Source of the DNA: Vermamoeba vermiformis
Taxonomy: Eukaryota
NCBI GenBank assembly: GCA_045837725.1
Contig: JBEWZL010000270.1
Location: forward strand, 248,001-312,000
Direction of reading: 5' to 3'
DNA: 64,000 nt
Shown here piece after piece: positions 1-13,382 of this stretch. The notes under the pieces are model-generated. The model saw nothing but the letters and a program-made list of their open reading frames with translations. It was not told the DNA's origin and searched no databases. The number at the start of each line of letters is the position of its first letter. Position 1 is the first letter of the stretch. A program made the translations under genes and the position numbers.

Positions 1-593
1 GCGGTAACACTTCGTACTGGGGTCGACGTGCCTTCGAGAAACACTTCCAGGTAATAATAATCACAATAATACAATATAATACTGCCAGTTTATTATAAGA
101 GATAGAGTTTTATCGGAAATTTGGAATTAATTACGGCTAGTTTTGATTTTATCGCAAACTCGCTGTTATTCATTTTATATGATTGGCTCTTATTCAATAA
201 TTTCGAATACAAATAGTGCCTATATAGAGAGTTTATTTATTTATTACATTTTTGTTATATGGAGCGGATCTGACCCGCGCTTTTTTTGTACAGGAATGGC
301 GCCATCAATACGGCTTGAAATGTTTGCGTCTTGAGAGCAATAAGGCTTTCAACGAAATCACTAGCATTCAAGACGCCATCGAGCTCGACAAGAAGTTGCG
401 TGCTGATGTAAGTAGTCATTACGAATATAGATTTTATCGCGCCTTTGGTGCCATGAACAGATCTAAAACTTTTTTGTTGCAGAAAAAAACAGGTGTTTGG
501 AATCCCGATGAAAATGAAGAATACGAAGATGCTGATGGAAACGTACTTAATAAGAAGACTTATCAGTTGTTGAAGATGCAAGGATTGGCTTAA
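1..593 (+). CDS. SF3A3: Splicing factor 3A subunit 3 (Prp9/SF3a60), 3' end only; exons <1-50, 294-407, 483-593
   Basis: Spliced translation GNTSYWGRRAFEKHFQ|EWRHQYGLKCLRL...FNEITSIQDAIEL...|...EEYEDADGNVLNKKTYQLLKMQGLA matches the SF3A3 C-terminal zinc finger and tail; canonical GT-AG introns 51-293 and 408-482. Confidence 0.93.
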
Positions 594-735
594 AAAGTCT
601 AACCGGATCTGTTTCTCGATCAAGGTAATAATTAACAACAAAAAAATCTAATTGTACAATCTTACTAATAAATAAGGGTCATCCTATTTATAGGAATTTA
701 ATCCGCATTTTTAAGAGTACAATTTGAACTCGCTG

Positions 736-2850
736 TTACATTATGATAATCTTTTCGAATTCTTCTTCCATCTTGTTATTATTATTCATTATAGGGCGAA
801 CGTAATCTATATTCGACTGTTGAATATTATCTGGCGGCAAAATCAAGATCTCGAGCAAGATCCTTGGAGGCAAATCCGGATTGTACTCGGTAAAGTAATC
901 CATTTTGAATTCATCAGGATATTTAGCGGGATTATAGTAGCAGGATCCACCTACTACTATCCTATTGGTCGGATTCGTCCAATAATTTTCTTTTATGTCA
1001 ATTATCCTGTTCGAAAGCCATTCCGAAACTATCAAAAACGAGACTTGCGTTAGCGTCCTATATAAACTATATGAATTCCTAAGTACGTACTCGTATTCTC
1101 GACTTGGTCTAGTTTATGAATAGGACTTTGCAGCGGTTCCATAATAAGGCATGTCGAGCTGACCGAGAGTGGATCTGACGGATTCACCAAGGTCGCTAGA
1201 AGATTTTCGCCTTTTTCGAGGCACAACACGAAGTCTATTTCATCAGTGAAGATCTTATCGTCTGTATCGACAATGTATTTGTGGCTCTTGCGTAGTTTAA
1301 GTGAGTACGTGGAACTCGCAATAACGAATTGATCACTTGAAATTGCTGGTTCTCTTTGCGTGTTTTGAACCTCCTGAGAAAAGTAAGAGTTAAAAAAATG
1401 ATAGCTCGCTAATTTATTATTGAGAGTAGAGTGATGTAAAATGGGCCGGCTAGGAATTTTTTGGATCGGTCCGTAGACATCCGGACCCTAGGTAAACAGA
1501 TACTATGCAGGATTCGTATAATACTTACGCGACAAAAGTTGATAAAGTCATCGTTCATGAAATTAGCGCTAACTATAACGTGAAAAGGTCTCGTTGACGA
1601 ATAATTCATTTTGATCGCTGCTTCAATTTGGTCCAATACAAAAGGTATTTGAACTACTGGTTCTTTAATAACAGCTTTCAAATTTTTAACTAATAGCCAC
1701 TGCACTGCCGACAATAAATTGGTGATTGTTTTTGTTCGCTCGACATCATTTAATTTTTCGTATTTATCTGTTGTATTGTTGAATAAATCCGGTGATAGTT
1801 GCTTATGATTGCTAATAATGGTCTTAATAAGCTCTAATTTAATATCTTCCTCCACGCAATAGCAGCACTTCAAATTATCAATAGAAAAAAATTCCTCCCA
1901 CTCTTTTATCGATAGCAAGTTGATTACTTCACTATTCAAATGCCCTGCAAATATAAATTAATTAATTTAAGTTTAAATTAATCCGCTAACGAAGCTTTGC
2001 AAAAATTTGTAAAGTGCAGTTAATTTGTGATTTCAAATCGGATATTTTCTGTTATACTTGCCTATATAATCCTGTGATGCTAATATTCGTTCTACCAAGT
2101 AAATAGCGTATTTTTTGATCAAATGTTTGAGTATTTGGGTCTCGACATTTTGACAGAGAATAACCACAATAAAAAAATTATCGTCGTTGATGGCGTAGGC
2201 TATTTTGTCTTCGATCATTTTCAGTGAACTGAGGCACGTAAATTGAAGGAAGTTGCAGCACGTTAATAGCTCTAGCAGCAATGAAAAGTCGTTGATGTCT
2301 TTTAAAACGGATCTGGTCATCAACGCGTCGCAGTAAAGCATCTTCAATGCTATAGTAAAGCCTGCATATTATAACAATTAATATCGATTGTTGACCAATT
2401 CGGTTTGCCGCGTGAAAACGGATGTGTCAATTTAAAAATTCCTACAGCTAATGATATACTTAATGTGCATATTTAATATAATATTACCTCGTAATGAGAG
2501 TAATTGAGGCTCGTCAATAGGAAGAGTGACCTTGTTAGCGAAATCCGGACTATTGAATTTATCGGCGAGATACCTAATTATAAGAGTCAATGCTTGCTAG
2601 CAAAAATATTACTACTATGTGGCGTATAATAAAAATTAATAATAAATAAGTTTTGGGTAACGCTTCAAAACAGATTAGATAAAATATTGAATAAATTAAT
2701 AACAATGACTTACCTTGACCTTCTTAAAATTATTTTGTGCAAGGGCAACGCTTTTTCACCTACTAATATCTCAACGTCCGAATCCACACCCTTTTCAAAG
2801 GCCAGGGAAAGGAGATGAGGCGACAACCAAGTCTGCGCATCCGAATTCAT
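736..2850 (-). CDS. BTB/POZ-BACK domain protein (Cullin-3 adaptor-like), multi-exon
   Basis: Exon 1 MNSDAQTWLSPHLLSLAFEKGVDSDVEILVGEKALPLHKIILRRS has the BTB SDV...L.LHK.IL pattern; followed by FTIALKMLYCD...LLELLTCCNFLQ and BACK-like INLLSIKEWEEFFSIDNL...EEDIKLELIK; exons splice in frame to the stop at 736. Confidence 0.75.
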
Positions 2851-3437
2851 GACTTGCAGGGCGATATTGGTAGTCTATTCCAGCGTCATGCGATAATACT
2901 CGTAGGCATGACGCTACATTTCAACTATTGCGGCTTGGGGAATTTATGTATTTGAATTTCAATTGGATCCCCCAACTGTTGTGAAATTACGGCGGGCTCC
3001 GTTGTGCTTTTGTTAATAATACAGTATCGTTACATGAGCACAACTGAGTTATTTTTGGCAGAATGAATAAGACGAATTTCTACTATTTTCAGCGAAGCAA
3101 CCGCGGACAAAATAGTCTCCAGTGTATTCAAAAGCAAGACCATTTATTTAAAATATTAGAGCAGCGTATACCATAATGAGCTTATTAGAGGCACTCCAAG
3201 CAAAAAAGTCTGGATTGAAAAACGTTACAACGACCGAGAAAACTCTGACTTTGCCAAATAGTGGGACTAAAAATGATGGTAATACTCTATTTATTAACGA
3301 TGAATTATCTTGAATTTCTATTATAGATCTCGAGCCTAAAGACTTTTGCTTTAATTTAATTCGAATTAAAATACCTGTGGGCACTAATGGATGCTCCGCG
3401 CACCATCAGAGAAGTTAATCTTAAAATATTCATATAG

Positions 3438-4905
3438 GGCCCGTCGAATTTTCTAAAGAAGAGATGGAGGCTATTCACGACTTCCATTTTATGACGAACA
3501 TGGATCAGTGGATCGAGAAAATCCCTCAAGAGAGCACGATTCCAACTCTAACTCTGTCGCTTACACCTAAACAGGGTGCTGCACTATATAGACGCTGCAA
3601 GCGTATATTGCCCGAATATCCTTTGCCAGATCAGATTGTACTTTCAATGACCGACGAAGAAATCGGTACGTTACTCTTATTAGCACTAATGTTCGCACTG
3701 ATGGCGATAAAATTAATATAATATCGGTCATAATTAAGGTCGGCCTCTTAATAGCTGCGTACATCAAATTTTTCGTTACCTATTTGGATCTAACCTTGCG
3801 AATCTACAAACAGTCAATAGTGATTTTACTATTATTGGCCTAATTATTTCATATCACTATAGAGAAAGAAGTATCAGGCCTTGTTCCGTTGATCGATGCT
3901 TTAGTTAAGCAGTGTAACGGCCACACAGATGGTTGCTTCATAAAACTCTCGTGCAGATCTCCAAAAGATGTTTCAGCTTCGGGTACGATATATATACTAG
4001 TTCGTATACCTCTCAGAATATTTGAAGGTGTTACTTTTGTTATTTAGTCGCAATCATGCGAAGCTCAAAATTTTATTAAATCGACGGATCTGCACCACTT
4101 TGTATGTCTATTATCAGTGCCAATATTTCTCACGATCATATTATACAGGTGATATAGCCAAACAGTTGTACACGAAGTATCACAACGAACTACCGAACAA
4201 AACAGATCTGAACTTAAATGTTCGAGCATTGTACGAGGCCTCACTTCATTCACTGAAAGTTCATAGTGCAAACGAAGGTCTTGATTTGTTACTGCAAAGC
4301 AAAAGAATCGCATTCGATCTCGCGCTGGACTTAAAATTCGTCGAAAAGTTTTCGATGGCTGTAATTGTACGGTAAGAAACGTTGCGCAAAATAATGTATT
4401 AATTGCAAATATATGTCGCTGTAAAATTACTATAATAACTTAGCATTCTATATTCGCAGTACTAATCGAAGTTGGCAGGCCTTGGATCCACATCCCGTTA
4501 GTAAGCGAATTCAGAGCATTTGTGCACGACAACAAGTTGACGGCTATCAGTCAATACTACGGCCAATGTTATTTCGAGGAGTTAGTGCGCGACAAGCAGA
4601 TCTATGAGAAGAGAATTAAGGAGTTCTTTGCAACAATTCAGCCACACCTGTCGTTTTTGCCCAAATATGTCGTTGACTTTGCGGTTCTTGAAGACAAGGT
4701 GCTAATTTTAGAACTCAATCCGTTCCACCCGAGCACTTCAGCGTGTCTGTTTGATTGGGCCAAGGATGCAGATCTGCTCGAAAAAGGCCCGTTCGAGTTC
4801 AGAATACACAATAAGCCTCCTATTGTTACTAAAAACGATGTATTGCCCGAATGGGCGAATTGGATGGAGAACAACGGTGTCGGTGTCGGTGTCGGTGTCC
4901 AATAA
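3438..4905 (+). CDS. Cdc123/D123-like (R2K clade) ATP-grasp protein, multi-exon; true start probably upstream (possibly ATG 3034)
   Basis: Motifs CFIKLSCRSPKD, LLLQSKRIAFDL, VIVRPW..IP...EFRAFVHDNKLTAISQY, YVVDF, ILELNPF...TSACLFDW..D are characteristic of Cdc123-type ATP-grasp enzymes. Confidence 0.85.
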
Positions 4906-5018
4906 TACTCTTAATGAATAAGAGGAAAAGGCTATTCCCTTTGTGATTCTTTTTATGTCCTAAAAATTGAAGAACAAATCTAGAGCGTAATTGTTATTAA
5001 TAATTAGCAGTACTTGCA

Positions 5019-6852
5019 ATGAAGCGATCTTTTGATAAATCTTTTGGCTCAATAATGGAGACTCCAAACAAAAAGATCCGCAGCTCTTCGTCATGGGTAT
5101 GCATGACCATAATACGTAATTTAGCACTTATAAATTTATTTATTTTTTCAGGATTATTTGGTGCCAGATATGGTCAAATTGATTTTATCGAAACTCGATC
5201 CAAAAACTCAACAACACGCAAGACTTGTTTGCAAGCAATGGTTCGATATTATTAATCTGTCGGAGTTCAACATTGGCGCTCTGTATCACGACGAGCTTCC
5301 ATTGGTGATTTCAGTTCTTGGTCGCTACAACAAGCCGATCAGCGTCAGTTTCAAAAATCTTAATCACGTAAAGGAGGAGGACGTACAAAAGTTAGCTCAA
5401 TTAACAAGTTTAACGTCACTCAGTGTAAACTTAGAAGAAGAAGGTTTTGAGTACAGTGATGATGAACCTTCATCACTCAACCCTACGAAAGCGTTGACCA
5501 CTCACGCCTTTCTTTCAGCCCTGACGAATCTACGATCATTCACGACAGGTTCAATTTCATGCAATATATTTAGCATCGCTACGAGTGTGACCAAGTTATC
5601 ATGCACATCGCCTTACGAACCTTTCGTGGGCCAAATGATAGAGCCAGTGACGCAGCTGGTGGAGCTTGATATCAGTCCTGCAGAACAGCCGACTAATATT
5701 TCATTTAATAAGTTCCCGAATCTAAAGAGATTGGCGACGGAGGACTTAAACGAAAGATGCCAATTAACTGGCCTCGAGTCACTGGTTCTCACTCGTACTA
5801 GTGACGTATCGAATTATCCCGTCACTTTAACACAGCTTGTAATTTCTGAAGAGATACTTGATAGCGAAGAAAATTTCTACGAAATAATTACTCAGCTGAC
5901 GAGACTTAAAGACATCGACGTTTACGATATGAATCCCAGCCGTCATATATTGTCGCATTTTCCAGCTTTAGAACGCTGTTCTGTTCAAGTAAGAGACAAT
6001 GGTTTGGCAGTTTGGCAAGATCTCGCAACAAGCGATCTGTCTTTTTTGACGTCGCTGAGAATTAAACTGAAAGTTTTTCCGGCCGAGGAACAGATTTCAG
6101 TGCTGACAAGACTCAAAGAATTGGATATGATTTTGGAATCAGAATTTGAAATAGAAGAGGCCTTGCCATTTGACAATAATCCAAAGGACATGGCGATTTT
6201 TAGTTCATTGGTCAATTTGACAAAATTAAGTTTTGCGTCCTATTTCTACACTTTTGCGAAAGAGTTGGTCAATTTCCAAAGCTTGACAAACTTAACAGCA
6301 CTACAGAACCTAATAGTGAATCATCATTTGAAAGAGCCTTTTGTTCATAATTGTACAAATTTGACATCGTTGGAGGTCCTGCTACACCCGCATTTGATCA
6401 GCAACAAAAAACACTGCTTTACAGCTCTCACGAATCTGGTGGATTTGTCCATTACCATGAGCGAATCTACCAAATTAACGGATGTTGTCGAATATTTTGC
6501 ATTCGACTCATTGACACTTCTGACAAGGTTGTACCTTGGCGCGGCAGTCTCTGATGAAGAATGGGCTCAGATAACAAAGTTGACAAATCTGAGAATGTAC
6601 GAAGAATATCAATATGATGTCACCATTAACAAAGATCGGTTCATGGATCTGACAGCACTAAAGCATTTGACATCACTGATTATCAGAGGAGAAGGAATAG
6701 ACTCAAACGTGGGACATTTAACAGCGTTGACGACCCTTCAAGAGATGAAGCTTATTCTTAAGAACGAGGACGATTATCAATTTCTTGCATTTATCAAAGC
6801 TCAGCTTCCTTTAATGAGAGAGTTCAGGCAAGCCTTTATCACCCGACGTTAG
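5019..6852 (+). CDS. F-box + LRR protein, tandem copy 1; exons 5019-5096 and 5152-6852
   Basis: Exon 2 begins DYLVPDMVKLILSKLDPKTQQHARLVCKQW (F-box) followed by many LTxLTxLxxL repeats; GT-AG intron 5097-5151. Confidence 0.85.
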
Positions 6853-7027
6853 CGATGATGCTTCATTTGGCGAGGTTCAATTGCACGAGATTTGAAATAA
6901 AATACTGCTAAACAGAAGCGCTTTTTTGGTCTCTTCACGAACTTAAGATCCCGAACTATGAATAACACAATTGTTCGTTACCATTTAACACGCCAGTGAG
7001 ATATTATGATATCGTAATTCAGGGATT

Positions 7028-8751
7028 ATGAAGAGATCCATTGACGTTGTTACCGAAGCCAGTCTGAGCTCAGATGGGGAGGCAAACAAAAAAATTAAAT
7101 TGTGGTGCCCGATGGTAAGATCAACGCTCCTACAATATTATTTACAAAATTTTACGTATTTTTCCAGGATTATTTGGTGCAAGATACGCTCGAATTAATT
7201 TTATCAAAACTCGATCCAAAAAATCAGCGGCACGCGAGGCTGGTGTGCATGAAGTGGTTCAATACAATTAATTTGTCAGTATTCAATATTGGTTCCCTTC
7301 ATCGTGATGAGCTACCTTCAGTCGTATCGGTTCTCAGCAGATACACCAAGCCGATCAGCATCAGCTTTAAAAATCTTGGTCGCATCAATCCTGATACGAT
7401 ATCACACCTTGCAAAATTGACCAATTTAATAGAGCTCAGTGGAAATATTCAACAACGAGAGGACTTTCTTTCAGCGTTGATAGATCTACGTTCACTCACG
7501 ACTGATCAGGTCTCAACTGATGTATTTGCTATGCTAAGAAAATTAACCAAATTATCGTGCAAAGAGCTAACGGGAGTTTTAACAACTCCAGTAACACAAC
7601 TTATAGAGCTACGGATCAAGGAGTCAAGCGACTTGAAGGTTTCAGTGAACCTTTTTCCGAATCTGAAGCGACTTACAGCAGATTTTGGAGGCGATTGTTT
7701 TTTGACAGGACTCGAGTCATTAATACTTGGAGATGAATATACATGCGATGGCTTCCCGATCACTTTGACGCAACTGAAAGTATTCCGCAGTAAAAACCCC
7801 GTGGATCACCTCACAAGATTAACAAGACTAAAACATTTGGATCTAAATTCGACAAGAATTAATATATCGCCTTTTCCTTTACTAGAAAAATGGCACGCCA
7901 TAGAAGTTCGATCCGACGATATCGACTTTTGGGAACAAGTTTCAAGCCACTCACATTTGACGTCATTATTCATAGAACTGGAGGATTTGCCATCTAACGA
8001 AGCAATTTTATCACTGACGAATCTCCGGGCATTAAAAATTATTCCACCTCGTCTGGGCGAGATTCAATTCGACATGTCTGCCTTTAGCTCATTATCACGC
8101 CTAACCAGGCTTGAAATTTTGGCAGCGGAGGGGTATACTACTAGTGGAGTCAACAATTGCACCAGTTTGATAGCGTTAACGAATTTACGAAAGTTGTCAA
8201 TTGATCTTCGCGTTACTGAATCGTTTGCAAATGCAATGACAAACCTCACAAGCCTCAGACTGTGGATGGGTTTTATAGGCAATAAGCAAAAGCATTGCTT
8301 TACACAGCTTACAAACTTAGCAGAGTTAAATCTTGAATGGTCAGAGCGGCCTACTGAAGTTATTGACGGACTTGACGAGTTGACATTTTTGACAAAATTA
8401 ACGGTAGAAACCATCAACGACGATGAGTGGCAGCGAATAACAAAGTTGACGAATCTACAGAGCTACGCTGAGAGCAATTATATTGGCCACAACAAGGATC
8501 GATACACGGATCTGCGTGTCATGCAACATTTAACGTTTTTGCACGTCGGAGTGTCCACATGTTCAGTTATGGACCATTTGACGGTATTAACGCATCTTCA
8601 AAGTATCAACGGTCACGGTTTTTCGGGCGTGCCCACAGATATTTGTGCCAAACTGCCTTTCTGCAAAGAAAAGGTTTGGCCTAATAAGTATAGTATTCAT
8701 ATGATTGAAAATCGAACGGTCGGTTTTGTAACCCCTGATTCAAAAAAATAA
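7028..8751 (+). CDS. F-box + LRR protein, tandem copy 2; intron 7115-7167
   Basis: Same structure: MKRS... first exon, DYLVQDTLELILSKLDPKNQRHARLVCMKW F-box, then LRRs. Confidence 0.85.
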
Positions 8752-8876
8752 ATAGGCCACGAAAATTAACGGAAAAATTTTATTCGCTGGCTTGACTCGT
8801 GTCATTGTTTGAAGTTGTGTTAATCATTGAATAGTATTTTGATCAACGCCAAATAGTATTTTTATTACTAATAACG

Positions 8877-10566
8877 ATGAAAAGGTCGATGGACGATAAT
8901 TCGCAATTACGTCCGCTCAAACGAACAAAGCTAGTCCATCGTAGTGCAATGGTAAGTATGATATTCGCTTAAAATAAAGAAATTAATATTGTCGTATTTT
9001 TTTCAGGATTATTTGGTGCAAGATACGCTCAAATTGATTTTATCAAAACTCGATCCAAAAAATCAACGACACGCAAGACTTGTTTGCAAGCAATGGTGCA
9101 ATACAATCAATATTTCAGAGTTCAGTATAGGAGCACTTTACCGTGACGAGCTTCCATTGGTGATTTCAGTTCTTGGTCGATACAACAAGCCGATCAGCGT
9201 CAGTTTCAAAAATCTTGACCAGCTAAATCCTGATCATATATTACAACTTACTCGATTGACAAATTTAACCTCGTTCAGTGGAAATATTCAAGATTACGAC
9301 ATCTTTCTTTCCGCATTGACGAATCTACAATCGCTGAAGACAGACATAATAACAACAACTATATTCGACCAACTGCCAAATCTAACCAAGCTTTCGTGCG
9401 ATGTTTTGGCTGGCGAACTGACGGATCCAGTGACGAAACTTGAAGACATCCAGATCTTAACGGAAGGATGCGATATTATGTTCGACAATTTCCCAAACTT
9501 GAAGAGATTGGAGACTGGGGCATTCAACGTACCAAAATTCAATTTAACACGACTTGAATCACTCGTTCTTCCTAATGCTACGTCATGCGAAAGTTTTCCT
9601 GTCACTTTGACACGACTTGACATTCCAACTTTTGAATGGCGACAACAAGGTCAAATAGACAGATTCTACGGGCATATCACAACGTTAACGAACTTAAAGC
9701 ACGTAAATCCAAGTACATTGATTCAGCACATCTTGCCCTGTTTTCCTTTATTGGAAAAATGCGAATTCGTTGGAGCAGTCCAGGTTAATGACCCCGCCGT
9801 TTTGAAAGAAATCCCGAAATTACGGCACTTGACTTCCCTTCACGTTAACCTTGGCTTTGCCTCGTCATTGGAAGATGTTTCAAATTGGTCGAACCTTTTA
9901 GAGCTCACAGTAGGCGGGTCAAATGAGGAGTGGCAACTTGAAATGTCACTTTTCAGCTCTTTGACACAATTAACCAAAGTTATCTTCAAAAACCAAGATT
10001 TTTGTTACGGCGCCACAATGAAGAATTTTGCAAGTTTATCAAATTTGACGGCGTTGCAGCACTTGGAATTTCTTTCGGTTGTTAGTGAAACATTTGCCGA
10101 TAACCTGACGAATCTTACAACGCTACGGTTCGGATTAAATGGAGACAATTCAAGTCTAGAGAAACACCGTTTCTCCAAATTGACTAATCTCGAGGAATTA
10201 ATCATTGACTATGAAGCCGGACAACTAAGCGATTGCACCGAAAATTTAGGTGAATTGACGCAGCTTACGAGACTAGAACTTAGTTCAGGGTATATTACAG
10301 ACAAAGACTGGAGTCAAATTACAAAGCTTACCAATCTCAGAAGATACGTTGAAAATGCGTTCATTGGCACTGACGGAGATCGATTAGCGGATCTGACAGC
10401 CTTGCAACGTTTGACGTCGTTGATTGTTTTCCAGGAAGTCTATTCATACATGGAACACTTGACAGCACTGACGAGTCTTCAACACGTCGCTATGCCGTGT
10501 CTTCAAGATCAGGAAAAGCTTCTAAAAATTCGTGAGCAACTTCCGTTCCATTGGCGTCTGAAATGA
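8877..10566 (+). CDS. F-box + LRR protein, tandem copy 3; intron 8952-9006
   Basis: Same structure: MKRS... first exon, F-box, LRRs. Confidence 0.85.
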
Positions 10567-10746
10567 ATAGAATTAAAAAAATGAACCTTCGTTAATAATA
10601 AAAAACGATGAAAACTCATTACTAGTGATAGCGGGCGACTCCTATGAGCTCAACGGACCATGCATTTTTTTTTTTGCCGCTCTTTCGCTTTTTTTTCGTC
10701 GCAGCCAACAAAATAGCACAAATTGGTTAAAGGCATTTAATTTTTT

Positions 10747-12180
10747 ATGAAGAGATCGATTGATGAACTTTCGGAACCTCATCCAAGCCCTGCCAACAAA
10801 AAAATTAAACTCTGGTCTGCATTGGTATGCTTATAACAAAATATTCCGGATACTTTATAGTTGTAATTAAAATTTATTTTGCAGGATTATTTGGTGCCAG
10901 ATACGATCAAATTGATTTTATCAAAACTCGATCCAAAAAATCAACGACACGCAAGACTTGTTTGCAAGCAATGGTTCGATATTATCATAATTTCAGGTTT
11001 TAATATTGGTCGTCTTGATTATGATGAGCTTCCATTGGTCATTAAAGTTCTTGGTCGATACAGCAAGCCGATCAGCATCCGTTTCAAAAATCTAGAGAAC
11101 ACTAATCCGGATCACTTTCTGCAATTAAGTCAATTGACCAATTTAACGTCATTCCGAGGAGTTTTCATGCAGCTAAAAAACGAGGCATTTCTTTCAGCGT
11201 TGACAGGACTGAATTCACTTATGACATGTCACGTGTCAGGCGGATTGTTGAAAGTTTTAACGAACTTAACAGAACTGTCTTGTCTGTATTTGACAGGCGA
11301 ATTAGCCGAGCCAGTGACACGACTCAAAAAGCTCGAAATAACGAGTCAAGTTTGTAGCGTGTCACTCAACAATTTTCCGAATTTGAAAAGTTTGGTCTAT
11401 TTGAAGAGATCTAGTGAAGAAGAATGGAAAATTACTGGATTAGAATCGTTAGTTATGGCCGAATACAACCCCAGGATATTTTATCCTGTCACTTTGACAC
11501 GACTTGACTTTCACCAATGCTTCTACAACGGCATGTTCGGAAAAGAAAAATTCTGCAGCGTGATAACAACATTAATCAATTTGAAACACTTTGGAATACC
11601 TGGATCAATGCAGCAAGAACTGGTATCTCATTTTCCGTTGTTAGAGAAGTGCGACGTTGGAGCCGTCGATCGAATGAACGTTTGGAAAAATCTCGCTAAG
11701 TGCTCTCATTTAACATCGTTGAAAGTTCACTTTGGCTTGATTCCGCCCGAAGAATACATTTTAGCGTTGACAAAGCTTTGTGACCTTTACGTCAGAGGCA
11801 CTGTGACCGTAGAAGAGGTAGACATGTCACTTTTCAGTTCGTTAGTGAACTTAACGAGATTTACTGCTGTGGACGTTAAGATCGAAAACTCCAAAAGTTT
11901 GACAAATTTGACAGCTTTGCAGCATCTTGAAATGTATGACGAATTACACGAACCTTTAGTCAGTACTTTAACGAATCTCACCTCACTACGATTTGGAATT
12001 GAAGAGTACGCTAGAGCTGGCACCAACAAGGTCTGTTTCACTAACCTGACGAACCTGATAGAGTTAACGATCGATTGTCCAAAGTCCGTGCAATTAAGTA
12101 ATTACATTGACGATTTGGACAACATGACTCATTTGACGCGGATGGGGTGTTTAGAGAAACGAAATTTCGAAGAAGATTAA
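10747..12180 (+). CDS. F-box + LRR protein, tandem copy 4, C-terminally truncated; intron 10825-10884
   Basis: Same structure, but similarity to copies 1-3 stops after MTHLTR and the final ~90-100 aa of LRRs seen in the paralogues are absent. Confidence 0.8.
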
Positions 12181-12312
12181 TAAAAAAAGTTAAATAACCA
12201 AGAATTAATTTATTCGTTCAGCTCTTGAAAATTTCGACAAATTTCATGAGAATCTTCTGAAGTTGAAGTCGCCAGGAAAGAGTAGATTTGATTCAGAGAG
12301 GTTTATTTCTAT

Positions 12313-13382
12313 TTACAAGATTGCCGCGGCGATGAACGCTAGTATCACCGCTAATGACGTAACCAGCACTGCACTTCCGCTAGTTTTGGACGAGGGTGGT
12401 TTGGATCCAGCGTCAATTGGTTGAGTAGTAGGGGTAGTGCAGCCTTCAATTTGAACCGGCTGACATTGACCTGTTGTCGGAATACATGTGGAGTTGAAGC
12501 ATTGTTGTTCTGACAAACACACTTTCGGCGACGAACCAATGCAAACACCAGATTGACACGTGTCAACTTGAGTGCACGAGTTGTCATCGTCACACGTCGT
12601 TCCATTTGCAAGATGAGTTGTCAAGCAGCCCAGACTTGTGTCGCACTCCAAACAGCCACAAGCAGGTTTTCCACCAGTACAAACACCAGATTGACATGTC
12701 GTGGCAGTTGTGCACGGATCGAAATCAATGCAAGAGTCACCTTCGTTCTTTCCTTCACACGGATCAGCAGGCATCCAGATCTCGCGGGTCCAATCGTAAG
12801 CATCATTCAACAACTCAGTAACTCCGCAGCGGTAACCTGGGTCAAACGAAGGAGCCGCCACGCTGTCATCAACTGTAGATTCAACTTTAGTAAGGCTTGG
12901 ATAGATTAGTTGTGAAGTTACTTACGACCAGTGTGCCAGCACAAACGGTATTCAGGGTTTTCAGGCTGAGTGTCACACGAGTGTCTGTTGACCGTGTCGC
13001 CTTCTTTTACGAAGCCAATCGAAGTGATGTTGTTAAAGTAAAATGAGGCGCCATTATCGCTCAATAAAATGTTCAGATTATCGGACCCGGTGTCCGTAAT
13101 CATGATAGTTCTATTGCCAACAGCAAGCAAAGTGAACGTATCTGTCTGATTTCGGCATCCGAAGAGCAGATGTGCGCCCGTGCAGTTGTTAAATACGTCG
13201 TCAAGCAGATCCACCGTTGAATTGTAGGGGCTCACCCAGCAGCGCTTCCAGCCAACTAGCTGGTCCATCGATACGTTTGTTTGGGGACCAAAAGGATAGT
13301 AAAGGGGTTTGAAGGAAGCGGATGCGCTGCAGATCGCAAATGCAACAAGTAAAACAAAAAATAAGAAGCGTGTTGTCGACAT
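12313..13382 (-). CDS. Secreted, probably GPI-anchored Cys-rich surface protein, family A copy 1 (one intron near 12880-12924)
   Basis: Signal peptide; globular domain YYPFGPQ...GWKRCW...RLCWHT...GYRCG; CDDxxxCTxxDxCxxGxC repeats; Ser/Thr/Pro stalk; hydrophobic C-terminus. Confidence 0.8.

Noticed and set aside
4876-4899. (GGTGTC)4 repeat encoding GVGVGVGV
   Set aside because: Simple microsatellite slippage at a protein C-terminus; no evidence of function
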